From contig NW_021831857.1 of NCBI RefSeq assembly GCF_006345805.1, positions 1 to 63,835 of the forward strand: a DNA stretch of 63,835 bases. The letters run 5' to 3'. Made by a program: the position numbers and the translations under genes. This DNA comes from Octopus sinensis. Lineage: Eukaryota. A model generated the notes under the pieces. That model worked only from the letters and a program-made list of their open reading frames with translations, was not told where the DNA came from and searched no databases. This document shows positions 52,078 to 63,835 of the stretch, one piece after another (position 1 is the stretch's first letter; the number at the start of each line of letters is the position of its first letter).

Positions 52078-52918
52078 GTAAGTCATGGATTTGTGTTAAT
52101 ATATGTATGTCTTTATGATTTTTATATGCATGTATGTATGTATGCATTTACGTATGTATGTATTAATATGTGGATGTATGTATGTACCGATGGATGGATG
52201 GATGTATGTAAGGATGTATGCATGAACCATGTACATATGTTCCTATGGAGCACACCACACACATAAGATCACACACGTAATCACACACGAACACACAGGC
52301 GCACCACACTAAATATACAGATATATACATATACGTATAATTGTATATATAACATACAATATATGTATATAAATATACATATATGAAATATTAGTGCCTG
52401 AACATATATGGATATATATATACAAACAAATACATGCGTGTGTGTATCATCACTGTATCTCTCTGTCTATCACTCTCTCTCTCTATTTATCTTTTCTATA
52501 TATATATATGTATGTGTGGTGTGTGTGTGTGTGTGTGTGTTTGTATATAAATATATTCATTTAACCGTTTCAGTCATTTGACTGCGGCCATGCTAGGGCA
52601 CTGCGTTCAGTAGAACAAATCGAATTCAGGAATTATTCCTTGTAGCTATTGCTCATTCTATCGGTATCTCTAGACGATCGGCTATGTAACGGGGACGTAA
52701 ACACACCGACATCAGTTGAGAATCGATAGCGGTGCGACAATAACAGACAACATACATAAAACATAGATACATACACACTATGTGTGGTATACACACACAC
52801 ACGCACACACACAAATCAATATATATATATATATACATATCATATATACTACACACATATATAGTTACGTATGTATGTACAGACATATCTATCTATCTAT
52901 CTATATATCTATCTATCG

Positions 52919-52960
<42 letters not shown>

Positions 52961-53016
52961 AATATCTATCTATTATCGTCTATCTATGTATATTATCTAT
53001 CTATATATATATATAT

Positions 53017-53050
<34 letters not shown>

Positions 53051-53953
53051 GGATATATATATATATCTGTCAGATATGATGTAATCCTATATTCTATTTC
53101 TATTTCCATGTCTAGTTATATTTGCAATATATTATGTATAATGTCATTGCTGTTATGTAATGGTTTAATAAAGTATTGATTGGGTATTATCTGATGGTTG
53201 ATGATTGATTTAGATACGTTTCTCCATTTTCTTTTTTTGCATATATATATATCTATATATACATACATATACACACATCCCAAGTAAACACAAAGAAGGG
53301 TGTAATTGTACTCCTGTCCGATCGCTCTTTCACCAGACTTAATCCTGGAGAGGGAAATAAGTGCGTAACGGAAAAAATTTAACGGTGGGGTTCTAGCATG
53401 GCCATGCCCTGTCGCTGCAACGTTTAGCCCTATTAATATTAGTGTTAAGTATTATATCTAGATGTACACTTACACACACGCACCAGAAACAGACACATAC
53501 AAAACACACACACACGCACACATAGGAATACGTACATATTTACACACATTTATCTATTTCTCTCCATCAGGAAACGGAAGTGAGGCGAGTTTTTTTTAAT
53601 CTTTTCTTTCAACTGAAAATAAAACGTGCGAGTGCCAATGTAGATCGGTGAATTTCGTAATGTTTGACTGTAATTCACGTTGGTTTTTATATGACAATAT
53701 GTAAGAACGAATGTAAATACATTACACACAGGACAACGGACAAAAAACACCCGCACAAATAAACACAAACAACACACATACGCACGCACACAGACACACG
53801 TGCTCAATTGTACACGAACAATCACACTATACAGTGTATGTCCACTCACATATATGTGTGCGTTTGTGGTGTGTATGCCTATAAGTAGATACGTATATTT
53901 GTGATATTTACGTGTATACCTATATATTGATATGTATTTATATATATATATAT

Positions 53954-53988
<35 letters not shown>

Positions 53989-53989
<1 letters not shown>

Positions 53990-54044
53990 GAGGCTTCCTG
54001 ATGATTTCTTTTGAATGAAACAGTTCTAGTCCTGTAGAAGCTCC
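53989..54044 (+). ncRNA. Degenerate type I hammerhead motif in a 140-bp (TA)n-flanked insertion (53988-54130)
   Basis: CUGAUGA (53998-54004); UUC/GAA stem II; GAAA (54017-54020); GUC (54029-54031); GGAG.CUUC/GAAGCUCC pairing. The proximal stem I strand (UACAG) is missing. Confidence 0.55.
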
Positions 54045-54145
54045 TTCTATAAAATAAATTAATTTACTCTGCTGTGTATTGAGTACCTTATTTACTGTGG
54101 TTAACCCCGACTCAACCCGGGACCTACATCTATATATATATATAT

Positions 54146-54176
<31 letters not shown>

Positions 54177-55959
54177 ATATATATATATATAATGTATTAT
54201 ATATATATATATATATATATGTCTGTGTGGAGGCGCAGTGGCCCAGGTTAGGGTTAGGGCAGCGGTCTCATGGTTGCCGGATCGCGGTTTCGATTCCCAG
54301 ACTGGGCGTTGTGAGTGTTTAATGCTGCACGAAGCTCAGTGAGTTGGGTTGTTGTGATCACTCTTTCTTCTGTGGCCCGCTCGCTTAGCCAGCAGGGTGG
54401 CGTCATTTGAAGGTTAAAACAATGCGAAAGCAATTGTGACCAGCGATATGTAGCAACAACTGATAGCCTACTCTGTAACGGTGATCACGGAGATATATGC
54501 ATCATACGCACACAATACACACGCACACACGCATCCACACGTACATACACACACACCAGCACAGATGTCCACATATACCTTTAACGAACAATACTCATAC
54601 AGATACGCACACACTTATACACACATGGGCACAGACACACACGCACATACACGTACTTTAGCGCACACACGCACACAAGCACACGCACGCACATTACGCC
54701 CACACAACTTTAAAAAAAACCCTACACACACGCATGCATATATATGTATACACACAAACGCACAGTTACTCACCACACAAACTCTACGCATACACACACA
54801 TACACACCGATACTATACATACACGCAATATATGCCTACACGCGCACACACACATACACATCCGTATACAGATATAGACACAGACACACACACACGCACG
54901 CAAAAACATGCGCACAACACACACAAACACGAATGCACACACCGAAAACTCACATCCACGGATACAGGTATATACACCTATATACGCTTACTCACACACA
55001 TACAAACCACGTGTACGCGCACACACAGCTACATGAACATGTGAGACGCATGCACATACATACACACACATAAATGAACCCACACATACATCCCATACAC
55101 ACGGCACACAAATATACAAACACGCACACAATTATACATACATGTATACACACAAACGCACAGTTATTCGCCACACACCCAAACTCTACGCATACACACA
55201 CACACAAACACACATGTGTCATCATTGCACACATACACACATACACACACGCACACATACAGAAAGTAAAGCACAGTTATTCGCCAAACACCCTAACTCT
55301 ACGCCTACACACACGAACACACACATACATACACACACACACACTACAAACAAAACACACACACGATACATATACATACACGCACACACACACATACTTC
55401 ACACTAGCGGTACCTACTACTTGACCTGGGGTAGAGACAAAAGGAGCCACGCCCAATTCCTTATCCTTGATCTTAACACTACTAACCTACAACACGCAAA
55501 GTTTAACAGCCACAACCACACACACATACACACACACATGCACACACACACACACACACGTGTCATCATTGACACATACGCACATACACACACACGGACA
55601 TGCAGACCTACGATCACGCTCTTATCCATACTTACACACACATTCCTCATCCTCTACCACTCTCCTGTCTTTGAAAGAACTTTTCTTCCCAATTTTCTTC
55701 CGGTCATTCAAAATGTGACGTGTGTGCGTGTGTACGTTGGCGTTTTTTTCCTCTGTCTTCCCTCCTCATATGTTTCCGACGAAGAGCTCTGCTCGAAACG
55801 TTAAACCCTCCTCCTTCCTTCTTCCTAAGCGTCAAATATTACTATATTTCTTCCACGTCCTCGCATTGTTGTGTTTTTTAGTGCTTTCTTGTTTAGATTA
55901 AATTTAACTATATATATACATGTGTGAGTGTATATATATAATATATATGTGTAGAAATA

Positions 55960-55990
<31 letters not shown>

Positions 55991-56707
55991 ATGTGTGCGT
56001 GTGTGTGTGTGTACTTGAAGACATACCCGGTATTGCTGGGGATTCAAATGGCAAAGATGGTATATAATATATTCCAGTCATTTTGAAACAGGTGATATGG
56101 GAAAGTGCAACATTGACAACAAAACATTTGTTGAGTAAATGCTGGGCTAACTCGACTAAGCAACATGCTATGCGTCCGTTGGAGTGTTTCAGGCCCTAAC
56201 CTGTCATGCAAATTGGAGGTGGGGTTTGTGTGATTTTTGAACGCACCGAAATGCTGTCAGTGGATATACTTCCTTTGCAGCAGTGTGCGCTGTGTCTAAC
56301 ACGGCCCATCATCGGAAAATTTTGACACTTCACGTCGGGTTTGTTGTCCTCACATCAGATAGAGTAAATTTGGAGGAACTGTGGTTGTTCATTTGTGTGT
56401 GTGCGCGTGTAGGCATATATTGCCCTTGAACTTTGACGTGGGGTGGGCGTAAATTCATGTTTATCTATCTTCTTAGATTCACCAAACGAGTGTCATTTGA
56501 AATGCAGCAGAGTTGTATTGTCTGATATGTTCAAGAAGTCGTTTTGACTGAATTGAAGCGCCTTCTAGAAGATTCCTAAGGGGTTGACATGGTTGTGTTG
56601 CAATGATACCTGTCCGAATGGTTGTTATCTATTGCATTGTTTTAAGTTCAACGATAATAAATATCCTGAAGTTCTATTTATATGATGCTATTTCTATTTT
56701 TTCAAAG

Positions 56708-56761
56708 AACCGTTTCATCTCCAAGAAATTCTCGACGATAAACCTGATGACACACACACAA
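56708..56761 (+). pseudogene. Exon 2, copy C, with indels
   Basis: 54 nt versus 52; AG and GT sites retained. Confidence 0.7.
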
Positions 56762-56999
56762 GTAAGAACTAATTTTATGGCTAAAGTCTTTACCCGTGAC
56801 TCATTAACTAATGATTTATAATTTCACCAACTTTGAATTAGTTCCACATTACTATCCATATGTCCACAATAATATATACTAAGACACTTGCCTGAATTTA
56901 TTTTAAACTATGTTCTACTTTACAATAATTTCCTAAATAAAATGTTATTCTTATATACTTATATGCCTTTTATTGTGTGTATATGAGTATACATGCAGT

Positions 57000-58650
57000 G
57001 CTACGTCGATAATTGTACCAAGCCCTCTTCATAAATACAATCATTTGAACATCCATATAAGTATTTTATGGCAACCAGTATTTACCCATTAAACTCACCC
57101 TCCTGGTAAACCATCCGCAACATGCCCCAGGGCACGTGATCTTGAGCCTTTCCGTGGTTTACAGCGTATAAACCTTGGAAATAATTCAATGTTGGCTGGA
57201 AGATCAGTCTTGAACGAATCTCTGGTCGGGTGTACTTCGTCCAAGACGGTAATCTTGGGCGCGACAATTTCCCTACATATCTTTTCCTGACATTAGTGTA
57301 GACTTTTCTATAATTAGAATACACTCTTTGGTCTCAATTGAAAGATTATGATTGTCACCCCATTTACCATTGCCTTGGTGTTTTTTCCAGAGGTCTCATC
57401 CACCTAGCATACATGGGTCACTCAGAGAATACCATCTGTATTAAAGTTTCGAAAATATCAAGCCGAACGTGCTTTTCCAGCAGCTTTATCACTTTAAGTG
57501 AGTTTAGCTCAAATAAGCCTTCAACGAAGAAGAACCTGCCGAAAAAATAATACAATCACGAATCCATTTCGAGGTCCAACTTCATTCAGGCGGGTCACTC
57601 TCAATTTGGATGCAAATGTCTCCACTTTCGTTTCTGATTCCAGCATCCCTGCGGCTTCCAACTGTATTCTGTAGGTCGCACTAGACTTACCAATTCCAGT
57701 GTTCTGCAGACTGTAGGAATTTTCAGGTTTTTAGACATTTAGGTAGTGACGAGTTGACAACTCCACCCTCCTTTTACCCGAACGTTCAGCAAAGAGTGAA
57801 AGATGACCGAAATCTATCAGAAACCTCTGTCACCAAGTATTTCTAAATCAGGCACCCTTATAAATATCCCTGTCTTAAAAAGAATATCTATACCATAGAG
57901 AGGAGAGTGTATCCTGCAATGAAGGCTGCTATGACCTCTCCATTAAGTTCACTGACGACATTCCTTCCAATCAATCCTTCTCACGGTTATCAGTGCCAAG
58001 GTGTGCACTGAAGTTCTCCTTGCAGGACAAATGACTTTACCCCAAATATATGTAAAGCTGAGGTGAATTTGCTTAGGAAGGATTTGTATTTGACATCGCT
58101 GTTTGCTGCATATACTTACAGAACGCTAAGGGCTCGAAGAAATAGCCATACCGCGTCATCCATCGAGTGGATAAAAGCAGTTGCCCCCGGATCTTGATTG
58201 GAGGAGACGATTCGGGAAATATATTGCAGTCTCCACCCAACTCAATCTGAGATGAATGGGGACGGAATACAAAATATGCGTCTTCCAAACACCGAAGCAG
58301 GTCCAGATGGGATCAACCGTTCATAATTGAGAATTAGACTGTCAAAACCGGACGATACAAAGCGCTATGAATGAAGGAGTGGTGTAGCTGTTGGAAGTAA
58401 ATGCACCCAATAGCGAGGGCAAATACAAATGCTTCCTTAACAAAGTCACTGCAGCTTTGGATATATTTGGGGGTAAAGTCATTTGTCTTACAAGGAGACT
58501 TCCGTGCACACTTTGACGCTGATAACCGCAAGAAGTATTGATTGGGTGGAATCGCCCCACACCACATAATTGGGGTGGCCATACTAGTCTTCTGGAAGGA
58601 AGGAAACGGACTCTCGTCGCGCCAAACACCAAGCTGATTTCGTAAATGGC
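57000..58650 (-). mobile_element. Degenerate RTE-like LINE in intron 2, copy C, with an inverted segment at 58130-58610
   Basis: ORF 58334..58582 (-) matches ORF 27660..27923 (+). Confidence 0.7.
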
Positions 58651-58808
58651 AAATCAGGTGCCAAGAATTGATAATATGCCAACATATCTATAAAAGAAGG
58701 ACTTAATCATTTTTTATTGTCACAAATATATATAAATGTATATATATATGTATATATATATATAATATATATATATATATTATATATATATATATATATT
58801 ATATATAT

Positions 58809-59225
58809 AGGCGCAGGAGTGGCTGTGTGGTAAGTAGCTTGCTAACCAACCACATGGTTCCGGGTTCAGTCCACTGCGTGGCACCTTGGGCAAGTGTCTT
58901 CTACTATAGCCCCGGGCCGACCAATGCCTTGTGAGTGGATTTGGTAGACGGAAACTGAAAGAAGCATGTCGTATTAATATGTATATATATGTATATGTAT
59001 GTGTGTGTGTTTGTGTGTCTGTGTTTGTCCCCCTAGCATTGCTTGACAAATGATGCTGGTGTGTTTACGTCCCCGTCACTTAGCGGTTCGGCAAAAGAGA
59101 CCGATAGAATAAGTACTGGGCTTACAAAGAATAAGTCCCGGGGTCGATTTGCTCGACTAAGGCGGTGCTCCAGCATGGCCGCAGTCAAATGACTGAAACA
59201 AATAAAAGAGTAAAAGAAAAAAAGA
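58809..59225 (+). mobile_element. Full-length tRNA-derived SINE, specific to copy C
   Basis: ggcgcaggagtggctgtgtggtaagtagc...gggttcagtcc head, central (TG)n and (AAAAGAGT)n tail. Inserted in a (TA)n tract that is short and empty in A2 (about 28425). Confidence 0.85.
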
Positions 59226-59229
59226 GTAA

Positions 59230-59271
<42 letters not shown>

Positions 59272-59598
59272 CTCACATCCAAGTTCAACTACAAAACAAA
59301 ACATCCGTTTTTAAGGGAGACAAATACACATTCTGATATTCTGAGATAATCTCTCAATTCGTTGACATCAACGTCAACAACAGGCTCAATAGACAAATGA
59401 CTAATTTCTTCGTTTAAAATTTATTCTTAGCGAATCATTTACTTCTTTCATTCTGATTTTCATTCATTCACTCATTCTTCTCTCTTAAATTCTAAATGTA
59501 TCTCTCTCTATCAATTCCTTCCAAGCCAAAAAACTCCTTTGTATAGGATTCAAGAATTCTTTATTTTAAACTAAATTATTTCATTTTAAATTTCACAG

Positions 59599-59672
59599 AA
59601 CCCGGTCTCGGATCATGTATACCCGGTGGGGCAGAACAAGTTGTCCTCCTTATTCAAACCTTGTATATGACG
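59599..59672 (+). pseudogene. Exon 3, copy C, 1-nt deletion
   Basis: gatcatgtat versus gatcattgtat; 74 nt; splice sites intact. Confidence 0.75.
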
Positions 59673-61282
59673 GTTAGTATAAAACTATACTTCTGTTCAC
59701 TCTTTCTCTCTTTATCTTTCTCTTCTTCTCTTTTTATTCCTCTCATTTTCTCTTTCTGTCGCCCCCTCTCTTTCCGTTTCTCACACGGACACGCACGCAC
59801 GCACACTCAAGCAAATCATGTGATATATCACGTTTCAAACGATACCTATAGACCCTGTTGAGACTGCACAAGACTGCTTACTTCTTGTAGGTATTTGGTC
59901 AAATCAGAATTTAAATGTTGTCTACTTCGGACCAGGGTGAAAATGATGTTGTCTAACCTCAGAATATAGATATCTCTACGTATAATATAGATAGGGACTA
60001 GACTGGAATCCAGTACAGCGATCAAGGACTCCTGGCTGACTTGTAGGAGTGTAGATATCAAATACCGAGGCTGCTAACTGGTGATCAAGTGTACTGGATA
60101 CGGATGGTGGTATTATACGTGAGTGACCAGAACTGAAAAGTGGCCACTTGACTATCATTAACTAGAGTGTCTATTGATTGTAGTTATAGACTACAATCAA
60201 TTGATGAACGAATGTATAGGGTTAATCAAATGAACGCAGAATGTACAATGTGGACTGGACAAACCATACACTGTAACTAATGGACAAAGCTAACTAAGGG
60301 CCGTATGTATTATGCCAAAATATGGAGGGACCAAGTACCACTGAGGGATCCCAAGTGAGTACATATTGCACTTCTAATCTTCTCCGCCTTACCGATATCG
60401 CCTATTCCTCAAACCTCTCTTTTTCATGCACCACCTCCCCTCATTAATTGTCCAGTATATCTTTGTAAGGTATCGCCGGCACATCCAATTCAAAGCTATT
60501 GCTTCCCACATCTTCTCCAACCAATTCTGCATCCTTTGTGAATCTGCTCTCTATAAACCCTACACATATCGTTTATCGGTCGCCCACTCCGCTGTCCATC
60601 TTCTTAAGCACTACGCCATCAATGAGCTTCAAAATTCACTCCACCTCAGTTCATGCTTTGCATGAAATAAAATCTCTGTGATCATAATATTATAGTATGT
60701 GGTATTACCGTCTCGTGGTAGGCTGACTCGTCCCAGACAAACCGATGGATATAGCCAGACACACCCGTATGGTCGGCTAAACAGTATTTCATCCCCTCTT
60801 ACCCACCAGTCTCTGCATGTCACCGTCTCTCGTATTGTTCTACTCAAAACCACATGCAATTCCCATCACAACACAATTTCCCGTTCAAACGGAACGACAT
60901 CTTTTCCATTTCGGGAAATCACGACCACATGCGTTACAATATCCCTTCCTTTCTCCGTTTATTGACATCCACACACGAACATGTACCCCATGCAATACAC
61001 ATCACAACCACGATTACTTAACCGTCCACACACACACACAAACACACACACACACAAATATATATATAAAGAGAAGAGAACGCACAGCTGCGAACACATG
61101 CGCACTCCCATCCAGCAACACACAGCTTACACTTACATAAACACTAACACATACACCACAATTCGTTCACACGTGACTAAAATGACTCCTTTTAAGGGTC
61201 AAACTGTAATGAATGTTTCCGTTATTTCATATATAATTTTGCCTAATATCTTTTTTACTTGATTTATTCTTACTAATTCAAG

Positions 61283-61782
61283 GTGTGTGGCTGGTGGACA
61301 AAATTTTGACAAGACAGGTGGCGGAAATAATCTCTTATGCCTACCCAACGACCCCATTTGGGCCAATTATACTGCAAAAGGGGAAAATGCGGGTTGGATT
61401 TATGGCAGTGAATATCAACTACAGTCATACGACACCAATACTATTTTTTCTTTTGCTAACGCTAAATCACTTCATGATCACAACGTCCGTGCGCTGTCTG
61501 TTTGACACGACAACCTGCTGTTGTTATGATGTTACCAGGCAGGAATGAGTGTTACGCTGGTGGGACAGCTGAGTATTCAGGATATTTGATGTCCAGTAAT
61601 CACGAAGAAAAGGGCAGACTAGAATATGTGTGTGTGGACTATGCACCAGAAGCTGATCCAGCAGGTTACAGAGACGAAAATGGAGCTGTTTTATATTTCG
61701 TTCAGGCTGCTTGTGGTTCATTGCCATGTCCACCGTATGTCAATGGTCAGAATTAACCTGCGTTGTGTGCAGTAAATATTGA
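61283..61782 (+). pseudogene. Exon 4, copy C, short-chain collagen C4-like domain with small indels
   Basis: ORFs 61287..61505 and 61502..61756 are two frames of the same domain. There is an extra GT at the start, a missing T at aacgtccg and a further shift near 61750. Confidence 0.88.
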
Positions 61783-63669
61783 ATAGAAATTAAATTCGGT
61801 TCCATATGAAAATATGTCTGTGAATTAAAAGAAATAATATAAAATTTAATTGTTTTACCTAATATTTACTTCAAAGTATGTCTATCGTTACAATAAACTG
61901 TTGTACTAGTTTACAGAAGATATTCAAACAATACAAAAGAGGCGACGTAGAATGCCAGAAATATCCTCAAAAACAAGAAAAATCTAAATCTGTCGAAATG
62001 ATTCTAGAAAACATTTTGTAAGATTTCAGTTTATCAAACTTATCGTTGAAATAAAATGTTATTTTGTTTAACTGTATTTTGTCTTCTGTCTCATGATTCA
62101 ACAAACCCCAAATAAAGTACCACCATAGAATTATATCAGCTTTCATGCACAGCCTTAGAATTTCTAATACTCGACGCTACTATCTCCGACATCTTGGTTT
62201 TCAAATTACAGCTCGGATTCTGACAAGGAGCCATGAACCGCTACATTGCATAGCACAGAACTTAACTGATTCTTTCAACAACAACCAGATACTTCCACAC
62301 AATCCATTCTATTTGCCGTTATTAATCAGGAAAGCTTTCCGATCCATTCCAAACCCATATCTTATAAAACCTATTTATCGTCTACTTTAGAAATATCACA
62401 AAATGTTCAATTTAAGCTTTCTGAGAATGTGGAATTTACACGATCAATCCCTCAAAAGACAGTATAAATGAGTATTGGTCCTGCCAACCTATATCTATAT
62501 CACAAAATTCCCACCTCTCTTCAAAATAAGATACAAAATGAAACTCGATGCACACAACATACACATCATATACTAAACGCTGATATACAAGAATAAGAAA
62601 TGAAATCAACCAGAAAAATTGCCTCATTTCGACAGCAGAGATCATCAAATACGACGATTTCTTTCACTCATCTACGTAAACATACCAGACTCGAAGAAAG
62701 GATGGATCCTAGAAGCTGAATAGATTTCATGCGAAACGAATACAAAACCCATAAAGTGAGAGTAAAGAGAGCAAATAAGTCAGGGCAAGCACGGATGCTG
62801 TTGTGTAAGAAGGCTGAGATGTGTGACCGTCACGTTATATCCAATAGGATTCATGACAGTATGTTGGAGTGTGTCGAATATTTGTCAGATAAACGAAGGT
62901 TTCGGTTAACAGCATCAAGCTGCAATAAAGATTAAAGATTATTAATGTTTACTATCCCACTATTATTAGTCTGATGGGTAAATCTGCATTCGTTTCTCTA
63001 GATTACAAATATTTTCCTGGTTGTAAATCGTAAACAATTGCAGAGAATACGGACGCTGGTAGATCTTCAAATTCATCTTTTGATTGAGCGGCATAATTAG
63101 ACAGTTAAAACGACCGCCAGGTGTTTAAGCTGTACAGAGCATGCGCAGCTGCATACGCAACCCGCAATTACAATAGGAAATATTATGGGACTTTGTTGAA
63201 TCTGACATGGCTGTAAGATTTATTTTGTAGCTTATTTGAAATTAACCTAATTTCGGGGCCAAACCGAGAGTGTTACACACACACACACAACACACACACA
63301 CACACCACACACACACACCACACACACACACATACATATATATATTAAATTTGGTCAAACTATATCTGAGGGTCTAATATGCTTCATCGAAGAATATTTA
63401 ATCATAACTATGGAATTCCGTCGTACATATGCAGTCCAGACGGAAGGTGCACTTGCGAATTGAGTTTCAAATGGGAGACATGTACCGTATGTTTTGCTAT
63501 GATTTATAAAACAAGAAGAAACATATTCAAAGCTAGTGATAATGACTAGCTAAAATATGTATGTATGTCATTATTCGGTTTTAATAGAATATTATGGCCA
63601 ACAGAAAGAGAGACGCTTCTAACTTAGTTCCAAGTATTTTTCATTGGAATTTCAACAACATGAACAGGA

Positions 63670-63835
63670 TATTTTTGTATGTATGTATGAATGTATGTAT
63701 GTATGTATGTATGTATGTATGTACGTATGCATGTATGTATGTATGTATGTATGTATGTATGTATGTATGTATGGATGCATGCATGCCATGTGGATGTATG
63801 TTGGTATGTATGTTGTAGGATGCATGTATGTATGT
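63670..63835. repeat. (TATG)n microsatellite
   Basis: Seen directly. Confidence 0.95.

Overview
This is AT-rich, microsatellite- and transposon-dense animal DNA. The SINE families and repeat style suggest a coleoid cephalopod, probably an octopus (inference). Most of the long ORFs in the supplied track are microsatellite artefacts. The main host content is a + strand tandem array of one four-exon gene. It encodes an N-terminal type II membrane or signal anchor (exon 1), a 17-aa stalk (exon 2) and a short-chain collagen C4-like C-terminal domain (exons 3-4) with no collagen helix. The copies are: A1, an orphan exon 2 at 16.9 kb; A2, exons 2-4 intact at 26.0-31.1 kb with exon 1 replaced by a rearrangement junction at 18785; B, at 34.1-46.9 kb; and C, at 51.9-61.8 kb. 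B and C carry many 1-nt indels that may be long-read errors. The paralogues are mosaics with clustered amino-acid differences. The most striking unannotated signal is a set of type I hammerhead-ribozyme motifs with palindromic stem III, from four unrelated repeat families, inserted in (TA)n tracts in the introns of B and C. One family forms a 580-bp tandem pair (36233-36324, 36813-36904) that would release a 580-nt monomer, like a Penelope pLTR or a retrozyme. Another sits in the 220-bp inverted termini of a 2.1-kb element (43367-45460). The rest of the window is RTE, R4/NeSL-like, mariner and Helitron remnants, tRNA-derived SINEs and satellites. There is also a weakly supported minus-strand gene in the first 8.3 kb.
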